Part shown: positions 39,831 to 50,409 of the stretch, one piece after another
Layout: each line of letters begins with the position of its first letter
Position numbering within the stretch: the first letter of the stretch is position 1
Source: Gammaproteobacteria bacterium
Lineage (GTDB): Bacteria; Pseudomonadota; Gammaproteobacteria; JABABF01
Assembly: GCA_965237805.1 (NCBI GenBank)
Contig: OZ250153.1
Coordinates: forward strand, 1,333,816 to 1,397,815
DNA: 64,000 nucleotides
Direction of reading: 5' to 3'
Translations under genes and position numbers: made by a program
The notes under the pieces: generated by a model
Databases searched by the model: none
Told to the model about the DNA's origin: nothing
The model's input: the letters and a program-made list of their open reading frames with translations, nothing else

Positions 39831-41201
39831 TCAGCCCGGCAAGTCCAGCAGCTCCAACAACTCCGCTGTTTTTGCGCGCATCAGTGCCGGGTCGCCGCGA
39901 CTTTCCACATTGAGCCGTACCAGCGGCTCGGTGTTGGAGCCACGCAGATTGAAGCGCCACTCTGCAAAGGCCATGCTGAGGCCATCGGTGGTGTCGATTT
40001 CCGGGTGCTCGGCCTGCTCGGTATAGTGTTTGCGCACCCACCGTAGCGTCTCGGCCACATCCGCTACCTGCCGGTTGATCTCACCGCTGACTGGAAAGCG
40101 GCGCACCCTCTGTGCCACCAGTTCGGACAGCCGCTGGCCGCTACGGCTGAGCAGTTCGGCGACCGCCAGCCATGGCAGCATGCCGCTGTCGCAATAGGCG
40201 AAATCGCGGAAGTAATGGTGCGCACTCATCTCGCCGCCGTAGACTGCATCTTCGCGGCGCATCACCTCCTTGATGAAGGCGTGCCCGGCACGCGATTGCA
40301 CGGCGCGACCGCCGTGCGCCGCCACTATTTCGCGGGTATTCCAGATCAATCTGGGGTCGTGCACTACCGCCGAGCCGGGGGACGCAGCGCGACGCAGAAA
40401 GGTTTCGGCCAGCGCGCCGACCAAGTAGTAGCCCTCGATAAATTCGCCGTGCTCGTCAAAGAAAAAGCAGCGGTCAAAATCGCCGTCCCAAGCAAGGCCA
40501 AAATCGGCGCCGCTAGCGCGCACAGCACGAGCAGTGTCGCCGCGCAGCTCGGGCAGCATGGGGTTGGGTACGCCGTGCGGAAAGCGACCGTCCGCTTCAT
40601 GGTGCAGGCGGACAAATTGAAACGGCAGCGATGGGGCGAGCTGATCAATGATCGCGCCAGCACCGCCGTTGCCAGCATTGACGACGATTTTAAAAGGGCG
40701 TAGCACATCGATGTCGATGGAGCCGAGCAGGCATGCGAGATAGCTTGGGCGGTGGTCCAGTGGTGCACTCGTACCCGGGGTCGCTACTGGTGGCGGGATG
40801 CGTTTTTCGGCGATGCGATCGCGCAGCTCGAATAGCCCGGTGTCAGCGCTGATGGGGCGCGATCTGGCAGCGACGACTTTCATGCCATTGTCCTCGGGCG
40901 GGTTGTGGCTAGCGGTGATCATCACGCCGCCATCAAGTGCCAAGTCGGCGACCGCCCAGTAGATCTCTTCAGTGCCGCACAGCCCGAGCAAGGACACATT
41001 GCAGCCCGCCTCGTTGAGGCCAGCACTCAATGCGCGGCACAAGGCCGGGCTGCTGAGGCGCACATCGTGCCCGACCACGACTTGACTGGCATTGAGGAAA
41101 TTGGCGAGGCAGCGGCCGAACTGATGTGCGAGTCCCTCGTCCAATTGGTCGGGGACGCGGCCCCGCACATCGTAGGCTTTGAAGCAGTCTAGGGAGGCCA
41201 A
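39831..41201 (-). CDS. Phosphomannomutase/phosphoglucomutase (AlgC/ManB family).
   Basis: Active-site ITASHNPPEDNGMKV; Mg loop GLAWDGDFDR. Confidence 0.9.
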   Translation of the reverse strand: MASLDCFKAYDVRGRVPDQLDEGLAHQFGRCLANFLNASQVVVGHDVRLSSPALCRALSAGLNEAGCNVSLLGLCGTEEIYWAVADLALDGGVMITASHNPPEDNGMKVVAARSRPISADTGLFELRDRIAEKRIPPPVATPGTSAPLDHRPSYLACLLGSIDIDVLRPFKIVVNAGNGGAGAIIDQLAPSLPFQFVRLHHEADGRFPHGVPNPMLPELRGDTARAVRASGADFGLAWDGDFDRCFFFDEHGEFIEGYYLVGALAETFLRRAASPGSAVVHDPRLIWNTREIVAAHGGRAVQSRAGHAFIKEVMRREDAVYGGEMSAHHYFRDFAYCDSGMLPWLAVAELLSRSGQRLSELVAQRVRRFPVSGEINRQVADVAETLRWVRKHYTEQAEHPEIDTTDGLSMAFAEWRFNLRGSNTEPLVRLNVESRGDPALMRAKTAELLELLDLPG

Positions 41202-41210
41202 TGGGGGGGG

Positions 41211-42065
41211 CTAGTCGGCACTTTGGCCGTGACAGTGATTGACTGCGGCGACAAAGCCTGCCACCTCGCCGCAATCGAAGCGTTGTCCTTGCAGCTGCCA
41301 CGCGATCAGGCGTCCCTGCCGTGCCTGTTCGCGCAGCGCGTCGCTCAGTTGCAGCTCGCCGCCGTGCCCCGGCGCGGTGCCCCTGAGTATCTCGAAAATA
41401 TCTGGCGTCAATAGGTAGCGGCCGATTACCCCGCAGTCGCTCGGAGCCTCGCCGAGAGGCGGCTTCTCGATCACATCGCTCACTTGTAATAGCTGGTCTT
41501 CGCCCGCTATCGGCGCGGCCTCGATGACGCCGAAGCGGGGCAGTTCCTCCGCGGGCAGCTGCTCCACTGCGAGCACGCTGCATTGGCCGCCGTATTGTTG
41601 AAAGATGGAGACCATTTGTTTCATGGCACCGTGCTGCCCCGGCGGTGCGATGCACAAATCGTCAGCCAAGATCACGCCGAAGGGCTGGTCGCCGATCAAC
41701 GGGCGACCGCTCAGCACGGCATCGCCTAAGCCGAGTCGCCGACGTTGGCGGATGAAACTGAATGTGCAGTTCTTGAGAATGTGCCGCAAACTGGCCAGCA
41801 GATCCTCGCGCTCCGAGTCCCGGATCTGCTCGGCCAACTCGACGGTATCGGCATCAAAATAATCGGTGATCGCCTCTTTGCCACGACTGGTGACGATACC
41901 GATATCAGACAGCCCGGCTTCGAGCGCTTCCTCGACCCCATAGTGCGCCAGCGGTTTGTTGACGATGGGCAGCATTTCCTTGGGGATGGTTTTGGTGGCC
42001 GGCAAGAATCGGGTGCCAAAACCTGCCATCGGAAACAGGCATTTGTTGAGTTGCTCCGCACTCAT
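41211..42065 (-). CDS. galU: UTP--glucose-1-phosphate uridylyltransferase.
   Basis: KCLFPMAGFGTRFLPATKTIPKEMLPIVNKPL N-terminal NTP-transferase motif. Confidence 0.9.
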   Translation of the reverse strand: MSAEQLNKCLFPMAGFGTRFLPATKTIPKEMLPIVNKPLAHYGVEEALEAGLSDIGIVTSRGKEAITDYFDADTVELAEQIRDSEREDLLASLRHILKNCTFSFIRQRRRLGLGDAVLSGRPLIGDQPFGVILADDLCIAPPGQHGAMKQMVSIFQQYGGQCSVLAVEQLPAEELPRFGVIEAAPIAGEDQLLQVSDVIEKPPLGEAPSDCGVIGRYLLTPDIFEILRGTAPGHGGELQLSDALREQARQGRLIAWQLQGQRFDCGEVAGFVAAVNHCHGQSAD

Positions 42066-43579
42066 ATGTCCTCCTTTTCTCCTGTATCGCGCCCATAGAC
42101 ATCTTCGAGACGGACGATATCGTCTTCGCCCAGATAATCGCCTATCTGCACTTCGATTAGCTCGACCGGAGCATCGGTGTCGTTGGCGAGGCGGTGGGTG
42201 CTTTGCAATGGAACGTGGATTGATTCCCCCACCGCAAGGCGTTGTGTAGACTCATCCAGCGTCACTGTGGCGATGCCAGCGGTGACGACCCAGTGCTCGG
42301 CGCGCTGATAGTGGTACTGCAGCGACAGACATTGCCCGGGGTTGACGTGGATGCGCTTGACTTGATGGCCATCACCGCTGGCCAGTTGCTCGAAGAAGCC
42401 CCAAGGGCGGTATACCCGTCGATGCACCTCCACTTCCGGGCGTCCCGTGTCGCCCAGCTCCGCCACCAAGGCCTTGACCTCTTGGCTGTGCTGTCGGGAT
42501 GTGATCAGCACGGCATCGGCGGTCTCCACCGCCACCACATCCTCAATGCCGACAGCCGCCAACAGGCGCGATTCGCTGCGTAGATAACAGTTGCGCGCAT
42601 GGTGGCTGCGCACATCGCCGATTTCGACATTGCCAGCGGCATCGTGCGCTTCCTCCTGCCACAGCGTATCCCAAGATCCGATGTCGCTCCAGCCGCAGGC
42701 TAGGGCGACCACAGTTGTGCGCGAGCTGTGTTCCATGACTGCATAGTCTATGGAGTCGCTGCGACAGCTGCTGTAGGCCGCCTGCTCGAGCTGCGTCACT
42801 GCGCCGTCGGTGGTGGCACCGCGCCATGACTGCCGACAGGCCTTGGCGATGTCGGGTGCGTGGTGATCCAGTGCCTCCAGATAAGTGGTGGCGGGGAGCA
42901 AGAACATACCACTATTCCAGTAGTAGTCGCCGCTCTCGCAATATTCCTCGGCGCGAGCCAAGGACGGTTTTTCGATGAAGCGGTCGACGGCGTGTACGCC
43001 ACGCGCGTCGTCCAAGACCTGCCCGCGGCGAATATAGCCGTAGCCCGTCTCTGGTTTTTCCGGGACGATGCCGAAGGTGCACAGCTGTTGCTTGGCGGCG
43101 AATTCGGTAGCGGTTGCCAGCGCACGGCTCAAGGACGCGACATCGCGCACCAAGTGATCTGCCGGCAACACCAGCAATAGGGCATCGGGGGATTGCTCAA
43201 GGGCGGCGAGTGCGCCGATAGCCACGGCCGGAGCCGTGTTGCGTCCCACCGGTTCGAGCAACAGCTGTGCGGCATCGTCGCCGAGCCGGTGCAACTCTGC
43301 TTTCAGCGCCAGATCCAAGTCGCGGTGGCCAGCGATCAGCATGCGGCCTCTGGGCGGTAGCGCCGCCGCCTCCAGCTGGTCGAGGCGATCCAGCGTCAGG
43401 CGCAACAGGGAGTGTTCGCCTACCAGCGCTTGCAGCTGTTTGGGTTGCCGCTGTCGCGACAGCGGCCATAAGCGCGAGCCGCTGCCACCAGCGAGGATTA
43501 AGGGAACTAGCATGAGTGGCGGCAATGGGCGATGTTGTCGGGGATCGCCGCCTGTCTGATGGGCGAGCTGTACGGTCAT
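42062..43579 (-). CDS. manC: Mannose-1-phosphate guanylyltransferase/mannose-6-phosphate isomerase (ManC/AlgA type).
   Basis: ILAGGSGSRLWPLSR NTP-transferase N-terminus. C-terminal cupin GESIHVPLQSTHRLAN. Confidence 0.9.
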   Translation of the reverse strand: MTVQLAHQTGGDPRQHRPLPPLMLVPLILAGGSGSRLWPLSRQRQPKQLQALVGEHSLLRLTLDRLDQLEAAALPPRGRMLIAGHRDLDLALKAELHRLGDDAAQLLLEPVGRNTAPAVAIGALAALEQSPDALLLVLPADHLVRDVASLSRALATATEFAAKQQLCTFGIVPEKPETGYGYIRRGQVLDDARGVHAVDRFIEKPSLARAEEYCESGDYYWNSGMFLLPATTYLEALDHHAPDIAKACRQSWRGATTDGAVTQLEQAAYSSCRSDSIDYAVMEHSSRTTVVALACGWSDIGSWDTLWQEEAHDAAGNVEIGDVRSHHARNCYLRSESRLLAAVGIEDVVAVETADAVLITSRQHSQEVKALVAELGDTGRPEVEVHRRVYRPWGFFEQLASGDGHQVKRIHVNPGQCLSLQYHYQRAEHWVVTAGIATVTLDESTQRLAVGESIHVPLQSTHRLANDTDAPVELIEVQIGDYLGEDDIVRLEDVYGRDTGEKEDI

Positions 43580-43731
43580 TTACTTTAACATAGCCAGCCA
43601 GAGAACATCGCCAGAGGGTGGCACTTGCGGGCGCGATTGATACGGCTTTGGCCGTGGTCGATGTGCCTGCCATGCTATACTAATAAGCTGTTTGTGTGGC
43701 CACTCATAAGCGACCATAGCGACCATTTGAC

Positions 43732-44322
43732 TTGGCATTGTCTCATAATATGATGCGTACGCAGCTGCCGTGGAGGCAGCCCTCAACTGAGCGGCCCAGT
43801 GCGTTCTCCTACGAGGAACTCATCCGCTGTAGCGAAGGCTTGCTATTCGGCCCGGATGGCCCCACATTGCCGGCTCCGCCGATGCTGATGTTCGACCGCA
43901 TTCCACATATCGCCGAAACCGTGGGCGAGCGTGGCAAACGGGGGCGGGTGGATGCTGAATGGACGGTGAAACCAGAACATTGGTTTTTCAATTGCCATTT
44001 TCACAACGATCCAGTCATGCCCGGTTGCCTCGGCTTGGACGCCTTGTGGCAGCTGACGGGCTTCTACATGGGGTGGTTGGGTCATCCCGGGCGGGGGCGG
44101 GCGCTGGGGGTGGGTAAGGTGCAATTCTCTGGGCAGGTGCGTCCGACAGCCAAGTTGGTGCATTATTCGGTCGAGGTCAAGCGCGTCTTGGAGCGCGAGG
44201 GGATGGCATTGTGCATCGCCAATGGTGAGATGTCGAGCGATGGTGTGCTCTTGTACAGTGCACAGGATCTGCGGGTCGGACTGTTTGTCGATTTGGATGC
44301 TTTCGGAAATAGTGCAGGGTGA
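43732..44322 (+). CDS. fabA: 3-hydroxydecanoyl-ACP dehydratase/isomerase FabA.
   Basis: WFFNCHFHNDPVMPGCLGLDALWQLTGFYMGWLG matches the FabA active-site region. Confidence 0.9.
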   Translation: MALSHNMMRTQLPWRQPSTERPSAFSYEELIRCSEGLLFGPDGPTLPAPPMLMFDRIPHIAETVGERGKRGRVDAEWTVKPEHWFFNCHFHNDPVMPGCLGLDALWQLTGFYMGWLGHPGRGRALGVGKVQFSGQVRPTAKLVHYSVEVKRVLEREGMALCIANGEMSSDGVLLYSAQDLRVGLFVDLDAFGNSAG

Positions 44323-44331
44323 TGGGGGCTG

Positions 44332-45609
44332 GTGATGAGTAGTTCAAGGCGGGTTGTTGTCACGGGGTTGGGCATTATTTCGTGCATCGGCAACGATCAG
44401 CACAGTGTGCTCCAATCCATGCGTGAGGGGCGTTCCGGGCTGAGTTTTGCCGAATCCTATTGCGAGGTTGGCATGAAAAGTCAAGTGGTTGGGCGCGTCT
44501 CAGTCGACCCCAAACCGCATATCGCCCGCCAGCACTTGCGTTTTATGAACGATGCCTCGGTCTACGCCTGCCTGTCGCTACAACAGGCCATCGAAGATGC
44601 CGGGCTCGAGCCGGATGTGGTGTCCAATGTGCGCACCGGGGTGATCGCTGGCTCCGGTGGCAACTCCACGGTGGATGTCATCGAGACGGCGGATCATGTG
44701 CGTGCGGGCAAGTTGCGCGCTGTGGGTCCCTACCGTGTGCCGCGTGCGATGTCGAGCTCGGTGTCGGCCTGTTTGGCGGCCAGCTTTCGTATCCGCGGAG
44801 TCAACTACAGTATTTCTTCTGCCTGTGCCACCAGCGCGCATTGCATCGGCAATGCAGCGCAATTGATCGCCTCTGGTCAGCAAGATGTGGTCTTCGCCGG
44901 TGGTGGTGAAAGCGAGCACTGGTCTTTGAGCTGCATGTTCGACAGCATGCATGCCCTGTCGACCTCATGGAATGATGAGCCGACGCGCGCCTCGCGCGCC
45001 TATGACAAAGACCGCGACGGATTTGTCATCGCCGCTGGCGGCGGCATGGTGGTGTTGGAGTCGCTCGAGCATGCCGAAAAGCGCGGCGCGCCGCAGATCT
45101 ATGCCGAGCTGGCGGGCTACGGTGCCACCGCTGACGGCGGCGGCATGGTGCTGGCCGAAACTCCCGACGGCGCTATTGCCTGCATGCGCCAAGCCCTGTC
45201 GGGGATGGGTGGCAATGGGTTGGAGGATGGCGTGGAACTCGATTATGTCAACACCCACGGTACCAGTACGCCGCAGGGGGATCTCCAAGAACTGCGTGCT
45301 CTGCGCGAAGTGTTTGGCGAGCACATACCACCATTCAGCTCGACCAAGTCGCTGACCGGTCATTCCTTGGGAGCGACCGGGGCACAGGAAGCGATCTATT
45401 GCCTGTTGATGATGCGCGAGAATTTTATCGTCGCCTCGGCCAATGTCGACCAACTCGACCCGGCTATCGACGAGGAATTCGGCGCGGTGCCGCTGGTCAC
45501 CGAAAGACGCGACCAAGTGCGGCTCGACAATGTGCTGAGCTCCAGTTTTGGCTTTGGCGGCACCAATGCGGCGCTACTTTTCCGGCGTTGCGAGAGCGCC
45601 ACAGCTTAG
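44332..45609 (+). CDS. fabB: 3-oxoacyl-ACP synthase I (FabB).
   Basis: KAS thiolase fold. Active Cys region [14 protein letters not shown]; His motifs NTHGTSTP and GHSLGATG. Confidence 0.9.
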   Translation: MMSSSRRVVVTGLGIISCIGNDQHSVLQSMREGRSGLSFAESYCEVGMKSQVVGRVSVDPKPHIARQHLRFMNDASVYACLSLQQAIEDAGLEPDVVSNVRTGVIAGSGGNSTVDVIETADHVRAGKLRAVGPYRVPRAMSSSVSACLAASFRIRGVNYSISSACATSAHCIGNAAQLIASGQQDVVFAGGGESEHWSLSCMFDSMHALSTSWNDEPTRASRAYDKDRDGFVIAAGGGMVVLESLEHAEKRGAPQIYAELAGYGATADGGGMVLAETPDGAIACMRQALSGMGGNGLEDGVELDYVNTHGTSTPQGDLQELRALREVFGEHIPPFSSTKSLTGHSLGATGAQEAIYCLLMMRENFIVASANVDQLDPAIDEEFGAVPLVTERRDQVRLDNVLSSSFGFGGTNAALLFRRCESATA

Positions 45610-46126
45610 GCAGGCGCTGCTTTTTGCGCCGCTGCTAGCCGCCTTATCGCTGGCCTTGGCGGTCGCGCAGGCCGCCGCGCCGCTGGCGACCGATACGGCG
45701 GTGCCATTGGAGCGCATCGACATCCTGACAGGGCGTTGTAGCAGCACGCCACAGCGCTTGCGCTATGCGGTGGAGTTGGCCGCCGATCCAGCGGCTCGCC
45801 GCCGCGGCCTGCAGCAGCGCGAACAGCTGCCGGACGACCGGGGGATGCTGTTTTTGTGGTCGGGTAGCGCTCGGCGCGCCATGTGGATGAAGGACACCTC
45901 GATCCCCCTCGATATGCTGTTCTTGGCTGCCGATGGCCGTATCTTGGCGCTCGAATCGGCGCAGCCTCGCTCCGAACGTATCATCTCCCCGCCAGTGGCG
46001 GCGCTGGCGGTATTGGAATTGGCTGGCGGCACGGCGGAGCGCCTCGGCATCTGCGACGGCGATCGAGTGCGCTCGAAGCGCCTAAGACCCAAGGCTAGCT
46101 TGCCAGCATTGCCCGCGCCCCTTTGA
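45566..46126 (+). CDS. DUF192 (COG1430) family secreted protein.
   Basis: Signal peptide [26 protein letters not shown] ... [21 protein letters not shown] motif. Start uncertain; the ORF overlaps the fabB 3' end. Confidence 0.55.
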   Translation: MRRYFSGVARAPQLRQALLFAPLLAALSLALAVAQAAAPLATDTAVPLERIDILTGRCSSTPQRLRYAVELAADPAARRRGLQQREQLPDDRGMLFLWSGSARRAMWMKDTSIPLDMLFLAADGRILALESAQPRSERIISPPVAALAVLELAGGTAERLGICDGDRVRSKRLRPKASLPALPAPL

Positions 46127-46229
46127 TGGCCGCCGTGGGCACAGTCTCACAGGCTGCCAAGTATTGGTGAGCTGAGATTCCGCTATTATGTTGGCCATCT
46201 CTCAGCAAGATCTCGGTAGGATGTGAGGC

Positions 46230-47627
46230 ATGGCACAACTCGAAGTTTGGCTCAACAGCTTGGTCGGCGTGGTGTGGAATTGGCCGGTGGTCATCCTGTG
46301 CCTGGGAGCTGGCTTTTTTCTGACAGTGTTCACTGGTTTTGTCCAATTCAGAGGCTTCGGTCTCGCCTTGGACATTGTGCGTGGCAAATATGACAGTGCG
46401 GCCGACCGCGACCAAGGCAATCTCAGCCATGCCCAAGCGCTGTTCGGCGCGATTTCCGCCACGGTAGGCCTTGGCAACATCGCCGGTGTCGCCATTGCCA
46501 TCGTCGTCGGCGGGCCGGGAGCACTGTTGTGGATGTGGCTGATCGGCCTGCTCGGCATGGCGACCAAATTCGCCGAGTGCAGCCTCGGCACCCTCTACCG
46601 AGAGCGGGATTCACAGGGCACATGGCGCGGCGGGCCGATCTACTACATCACGCGTGGCCTGCCGGAGAGTTTCCCCAACTGGGGTCATCGCGTGGCGCGC
46701 CCGATGGCCGCTACCTTTGCTGTGCTGTGTATCTTCGGTGCCTTTGGTGGCGGCAATATGTTCCAGGCCAACCAAGTCGCCCAATTGCTGCAGGTGAACT
46801 TCCATGTGCCGCCGACGATGACCGGCATTGTGCTGGCCGCTCTGGTCGGCACGGTGATCATCGGCGGTATCCGCCGTATCGGGCAGGTGGTCAGCCTGCT
46901 GGTTCCCTTCATGTGCGGGATCTATGTGTTGGCCGCCTTTGCCATCTGCCTGTGGCACATCGCTGACATGCCGCAGGTGCTGGCCGTGATCTTCAGCGAT
47001 GCCTTCAGCGGCGAGGCGGCTGCCGGTGGCGTGGTCGGCACGGTGATCATCACCGGTATCCGCCGTGCGGTCTTCTCCAGTGAGGCGGGGATCGGCTCGG
47101 CACCGATGATGCACGCCACCGCCCGTTGTGCGACCCCGATACGCCAAGGCTATGTCGCCCTGTTGGAGCCCTTCCTCGACACCATCGTCGTCTGCTCCGC
47201 CACCGGTTTTGTCATCGTTCTGAGCGGTCTCTACGGCTCGGCGGAGGGGCTCGGTGGCGCAGCGCTGACCGCCACGGCTTTCGAGCATTTCTTGCCGGGC
47301 TTTGGGCGCTACTTCCTCGTCATCGCCGCCAGCATGTTCGCTTTTTCCACCGCGATCACTTGGTTCCACTACAGCCAGACATCCGCCCGTCACCTATTTG
47401 GCGACCGCATACTGGAGCCGATCAAGTGGCTGTTTGTGGCGGCCATCTTCGTCGGTGCCGTATGGAAATTGGAAGCGGTGATCGCCTTCACCGACATCGC
47501 CTTTGGTCTGATGGTGATTCCCAATCTGATCGCCGTGCTGCTACTCTCGGGCCGCTTGCGAGGCATGATGAAGGAGTTCGAGGCGGAGCGGGCGCAATTG
47601 GAGCGCCAGTCAGTCAGGGGCGAGTAG
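46230..47627 (+). CDS. Alanine/glycine:cation symporter (AGCS family).
   Basis: 465 aa, multi-TM. AGCS blocks (GLGNIAGVAIAIVVGGPGALLWMW, FSSEAGIGSAPMMHA). Confidence 0.85.
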   Translation: MAQLEVWLNSLVGVVWNWPVVILCLGAGFFLTVFTGFVQFRGFGLALDIVRGKYDSAADRDQGNLSHAQALFGAISATVGLGNIAGVAIAIVVGGPGALLWMWLIGLLGMATKFAECSLGTLYRERDSQGTWRGGPIYYITRGLPESFPNWGHRVARPMAATFAVLCIFGAFGGGNMFQANQVAQLLQVNFHVPPTMTGIVLAALVGTVIIGGIRRIGQVVSLLVPFMCGIYVLAAFAICLWHIADMPQVLAVIFSDAFSGEAAAGGVVGTVIITGIRRAVFSSEAGIGSAPMMHATARCATPIRQGYVALLEPFLDTIVVCSATGFVIVLSGLYGSAEGLGGAALTATAFEHFLPGFGRYFLVIAASMFAFSTAITWFHYSQTSARHLFGDRILEPIKWLFVAAIFVGAVWKLEAVIAFTDIAFGLMVIPNLIAVLLLSGRLRGMMKEFEAERAQLERQSVRGE

Positions 47628-47638
47628 TTTGGCACGAT

Positions 47639-48886
47639 TCACCCCTCCCGCAACGGCAATACTTCCAGCCAATCGCCCGCGCTGATTGCCACATCGGCCG
47701 GGATGCGGGCGAGGCAATCGGCATCGGCCAGCGGGCGCAATGCGCCCGAGCTTTGATGCGAGAGCGGGTGCACAGCGATGTCGCCATCGGCATCTTGTCG
47801 CAGTGCGGCGCGCACATATTCTTCACGCCGGTTGGCAACGCGGTCGAAAGTCGCGCGGGCGCGCAGTGTCGGTGTGGATTCTGGCTCCGCACCCTGCAGG
47901 CGCAACAGACAGGGGCGCACCAGCACGCGGAAGCAGATGAACACCGCTGCCGGATTGCCGGGCAGGCCGAATAGCGGCACTTCGCCCACCGTGCCGAATA
48001 GCAACGGCTTGCCGGGTTTGATCGCCACCCGCCACAGCTTGGTGCCACCGCGCTCTGTCACCACCATGCGCAGGATGTCGCGTTCGCCGACCGAGACGCC
48101 GCCTGTGCTGATGATGCAGTCTGCCGTCGCCGCCAAGCTATCGAGACGTTCGCTCAGCATGGCGTGGTCGTCGGGGGCGATGCCGCCGTCCACGGCTTCC
48201 ATCCCCAGTGCTTCGATCAGGCTGAGCAAGGTGGGGCGGTTGGAGTTGTATGGGCAGCGCGGTGCCGATGCGGGTGGAGCGCCGGGTTCCAGCAGCTCAT
48301 CGCCGGTGGATAGCACGGCGACCCGCAGCGGGGCGCGCACCGGCACACTGGCGATGCCCGCCGCAGCTAACAGGCCGATGTCTTGGGGCATCAGGCGGCG
48401 GCCAGCGGGCAACAGCGGTGCGCCTTGGACGAAATCCTCGCCGCGGCGGCGCACATAGCGCCCAGCGGGCGGCGGCTCGTCGTCCACCGCCACCGCCACA
48501 CCGGCATCGCTGAGCGTCGCCTGCTCCTGTGGCAGCACCACATCGGCACCCTTCGGCATCGGTGCACCGGTGAAGATGCGCGCGGCTGTGCCCGCAGCCA
48601 GCGGTTGCGCTTCGGCACCGGCCGGCAGGTACTGGGCGACAGGCAGTGGCGTACGGTGGGCGAAATCGACGGCGCGGGCGGCGTAGCCGTCCATGGCGCT
48701 GTTGTCAACTGGTGGCGCGGCGACCAGCGCCTGTTGCGCGGCGGCCAGCACCCGGCCTGCGGCGGCCACCAGTCCCAGCTCTTCTGTGTTTTTGCTGAGC
48801 GGTGCCAGCTCCGCCAGCATCTGTTTCAGCGCCAGTGCGACCGGTAGGGGTGGTGGTGGGGTGGGGTTGGTTTCGGTCACCATCAT
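47639..48886 (-). CDS. moeA: Molybdopterin molybdotransferase MoeA.
   Basis: Internal start MMVTETNPT in ORF 47639..49261 (the N-terminal 125 aa of that ORF are Arg/Ser-rich artefact). GGVSVGERD and PGNP MoeA motifs. Confidence 0.8.
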   Translation of the reverse strand: MMVTETNPTPPPPLPVALALKQMLAELAPLSKNTEELGLVAAAGRVLAAAQQALVAAPPVDNSAMDGYAARAVDFAHRTPLPVAQYLPAGAEAQPLAAGTAARIFTGAPMPKGADVVLPQEQATLSDAGVAVAVDDEPPPAGRYVRRRGEDFVQGAPLLPAGRRLMPQDIGLLAAAGIASVPVRAPLRVAVLSTGDELLEPGAPPASAPRCPYNSNRPTLLSLIEALGMEAVDGGIAPDDHAMLSERLDSLAATADCIISTGGVSVGERDILRMVVTERGGTKLWRVAIKPGKPLLFGTVGEVPLFGLPGNPAAVFICFRVLVRPCLLRLQGAEPESTPTLRARATFDRVANRREEYVRAALRQDADGDIAVHPLSHQSSGALRPLADADCLARIPADVAISAGDWLEVLPLREG

Positions 48887-48893
48887 GTCGATG

Positions 48894-49445
48894 TCAGTGT
48901 CCGGCACCGCGTAGCACGCCAGCGAAATTGCAGGGGCGGTGGCGGCTGTCCAGCTGCTCGGCCAATATCTCTTCCCAAGCGAGGCGGCAGGCACCAGTGG
49001 AGCCCGGCAGACAGAAGATGACCGTGCTGTTGGCGAGCCCGGCCGTGGCTCGAGACTGTATCGTCGACGAGCCGATGTCCGCCAGCGAGAGGTGGCGGAA
49101 TAGCTCGCCGAAGCCGAGGATCTCCTTATCGAATAGCACACCCACAGCCTCCGGCGTCGAGTCGCGCCCGGAAAAGCCGGTGCCGCCGTTGACCAGCACC
49201 ACCTCGACCTCGGGGTCGGCGACCCAGGCCGAGACCACGGCGCGGATGCGGTAGATATCATCGGGCACGATGCGCTTCTCGTGCAGCTGGTGGCCGTGGG
49301 CGCGCAGCTGCTCGACCAGATAGGCTCCTGAGCTGTCCTCGGCCTCGCCGCGGGAGTCCGATACGGTTAGCACACAGGCGCAGAGCGGTAGGCGCTCGGT
49401 GGCGATGTCACTTGCCTTGCCCGCTTGCTGCGCCATCTTTGCCAT
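48894..49445 (-). CDS. moaB: Molybdenum cofactor biosynthesis protein B (MoaB/MogA family).
   Basis: LTVSDSRGEAEDSSG ... VNGGTGFSGRDSTPEA (GGTG motif). Confidence 0.75.
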   Translation of the reverse strand: MAKMAQQAGKASDIATERLPLCACVLTVSDSRGEAEDSSGAYLVEQLRAHGHQLHEKRIVPDDIYRIRAVVSAWVADPEVEVVLVNGGTGFSGRDSTPEAVGVLFDKEILGFGELFRHLSLADIGSSTIQSRATAGLANSTVIFCLPGSTGACRLAWEEILAEQLDSRHRPCNFAGVLRGAGH

Positions 49446-49590
49446 TATCTCACTTGCTGACAGGAGTCGGGAGTGACTGTACCCAGAGTGTTCGTCACAT
49501 TATAAAGAAGAGCTTTGGGCCGCGGCGCGGCGATGCGCCTGAATTCATGTCAATTGCTATAATTGCCGCCGACACGTTGCGGAATACACC

Positions 49591-50361
49591 ATGCTCGCCG
49601 TACTGTCCCCGGCCAAGACGCTGGATTTTGAATCGCCATTGGCGACGCGCCGCCACAGCCAGCCCACCTTCCTAGCCGAGACCGCCGAGTTGGCGGGGCA
49701 GCTGCGGGGCTTGCCGCCATCGCGCTTGGGGGCCTTGCTGGGAGTGAGCGAGCCGTTGGCACGGCTGAACTGCGAGCGCTACCGCGCTTTCAGCACGCCC
49801 TTCAGTCCGGCTAATGCGCGTCCCGCGGTCTTGGCCTTCAAAGGCGATGTCTACCGCGGCCTGCAGGCCGCGGAGTTCTCGACTGAGGATTTCCGTTTTG
49901 CACAGCGCCATTTGCGCATCCTGTCGGGCTTTTACGGTTTGTTGCGCCCGCTGGATCTGATCCAGCCCTACCGCTTGGAGATGGGCACACGCCTGGCCAA
50001 CGCCAAGGGCGAAGATCTCTATGCTTTCTGGGGCGATCGCTTGGCGAGGGCGACGACCAAGGCCTTAGGCACGGTCGGCGGCGGCGCGTTGTTAAACTTG
50101 GCCTCCAACGAGTATTTCAAAGTATTGGACAGTGGCGACTTGGCGGTACCGGTGATAGCCCCGGCCTTTTTGGATTACAAGAATGGCCGCTACAAGATGA
50201 TCAGCTTCTACGCCAAGCGGGCGCGCGGTGCCATGGCCGGATGGGTCGTGCGGCAGCGGGTGGAGGATACGGCCAGAGTGGTGGACTTCGTGGAGGGCGG
50301 CTACTGCTACTCGGCTGGCGATTCGACCGCGGACAGGCCGGTGTTCACGAGGCGGGGGTGA
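49591..50361 (+). CDS. yaaA: Peroxide stress protein YaaA (UPF0246/DUF328).
   Basis: MLAVLSPAKTLDFESP N-terminus; YRLEMGTRL block. Confidence 0.85.
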   Translation: MLAVLSPAKTLDFESPLATRRHSQPTFLAETAELAGQLRGLPPSRLGALLGVSEPLARLNCERYRAFSTPFSPANARPAVLAFKGDVYRGLQAAEFSTEDFRFAQRHLRILSGFYGLLRPLDLIQPYRLEMGTRLANAKGEDLYAFWGDRLARATTKALGTVGGGALLNLASNEYFKVLDSGDLAVPVIAPAFLDYKNGRYKMISFYAKRARGAMAGWVVRQRVEDTARVVDFVEGGYCYSAGDSTADRPVFTRRG

Positions 50362-50409
50362 GTGGGAGCTCGCACTAGGCGGGACTGTGTAAAGATGTGG
50401 GGTGGCAAC

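Noticed and set aside
46611-47393. 260-aa minus ORF antisense to the AGCS transporter gene; also 47126..47974(+).
   Set aside because: D/G/R-rich translation without motifs. The sense strand encodes a clear multi-TM symporter.
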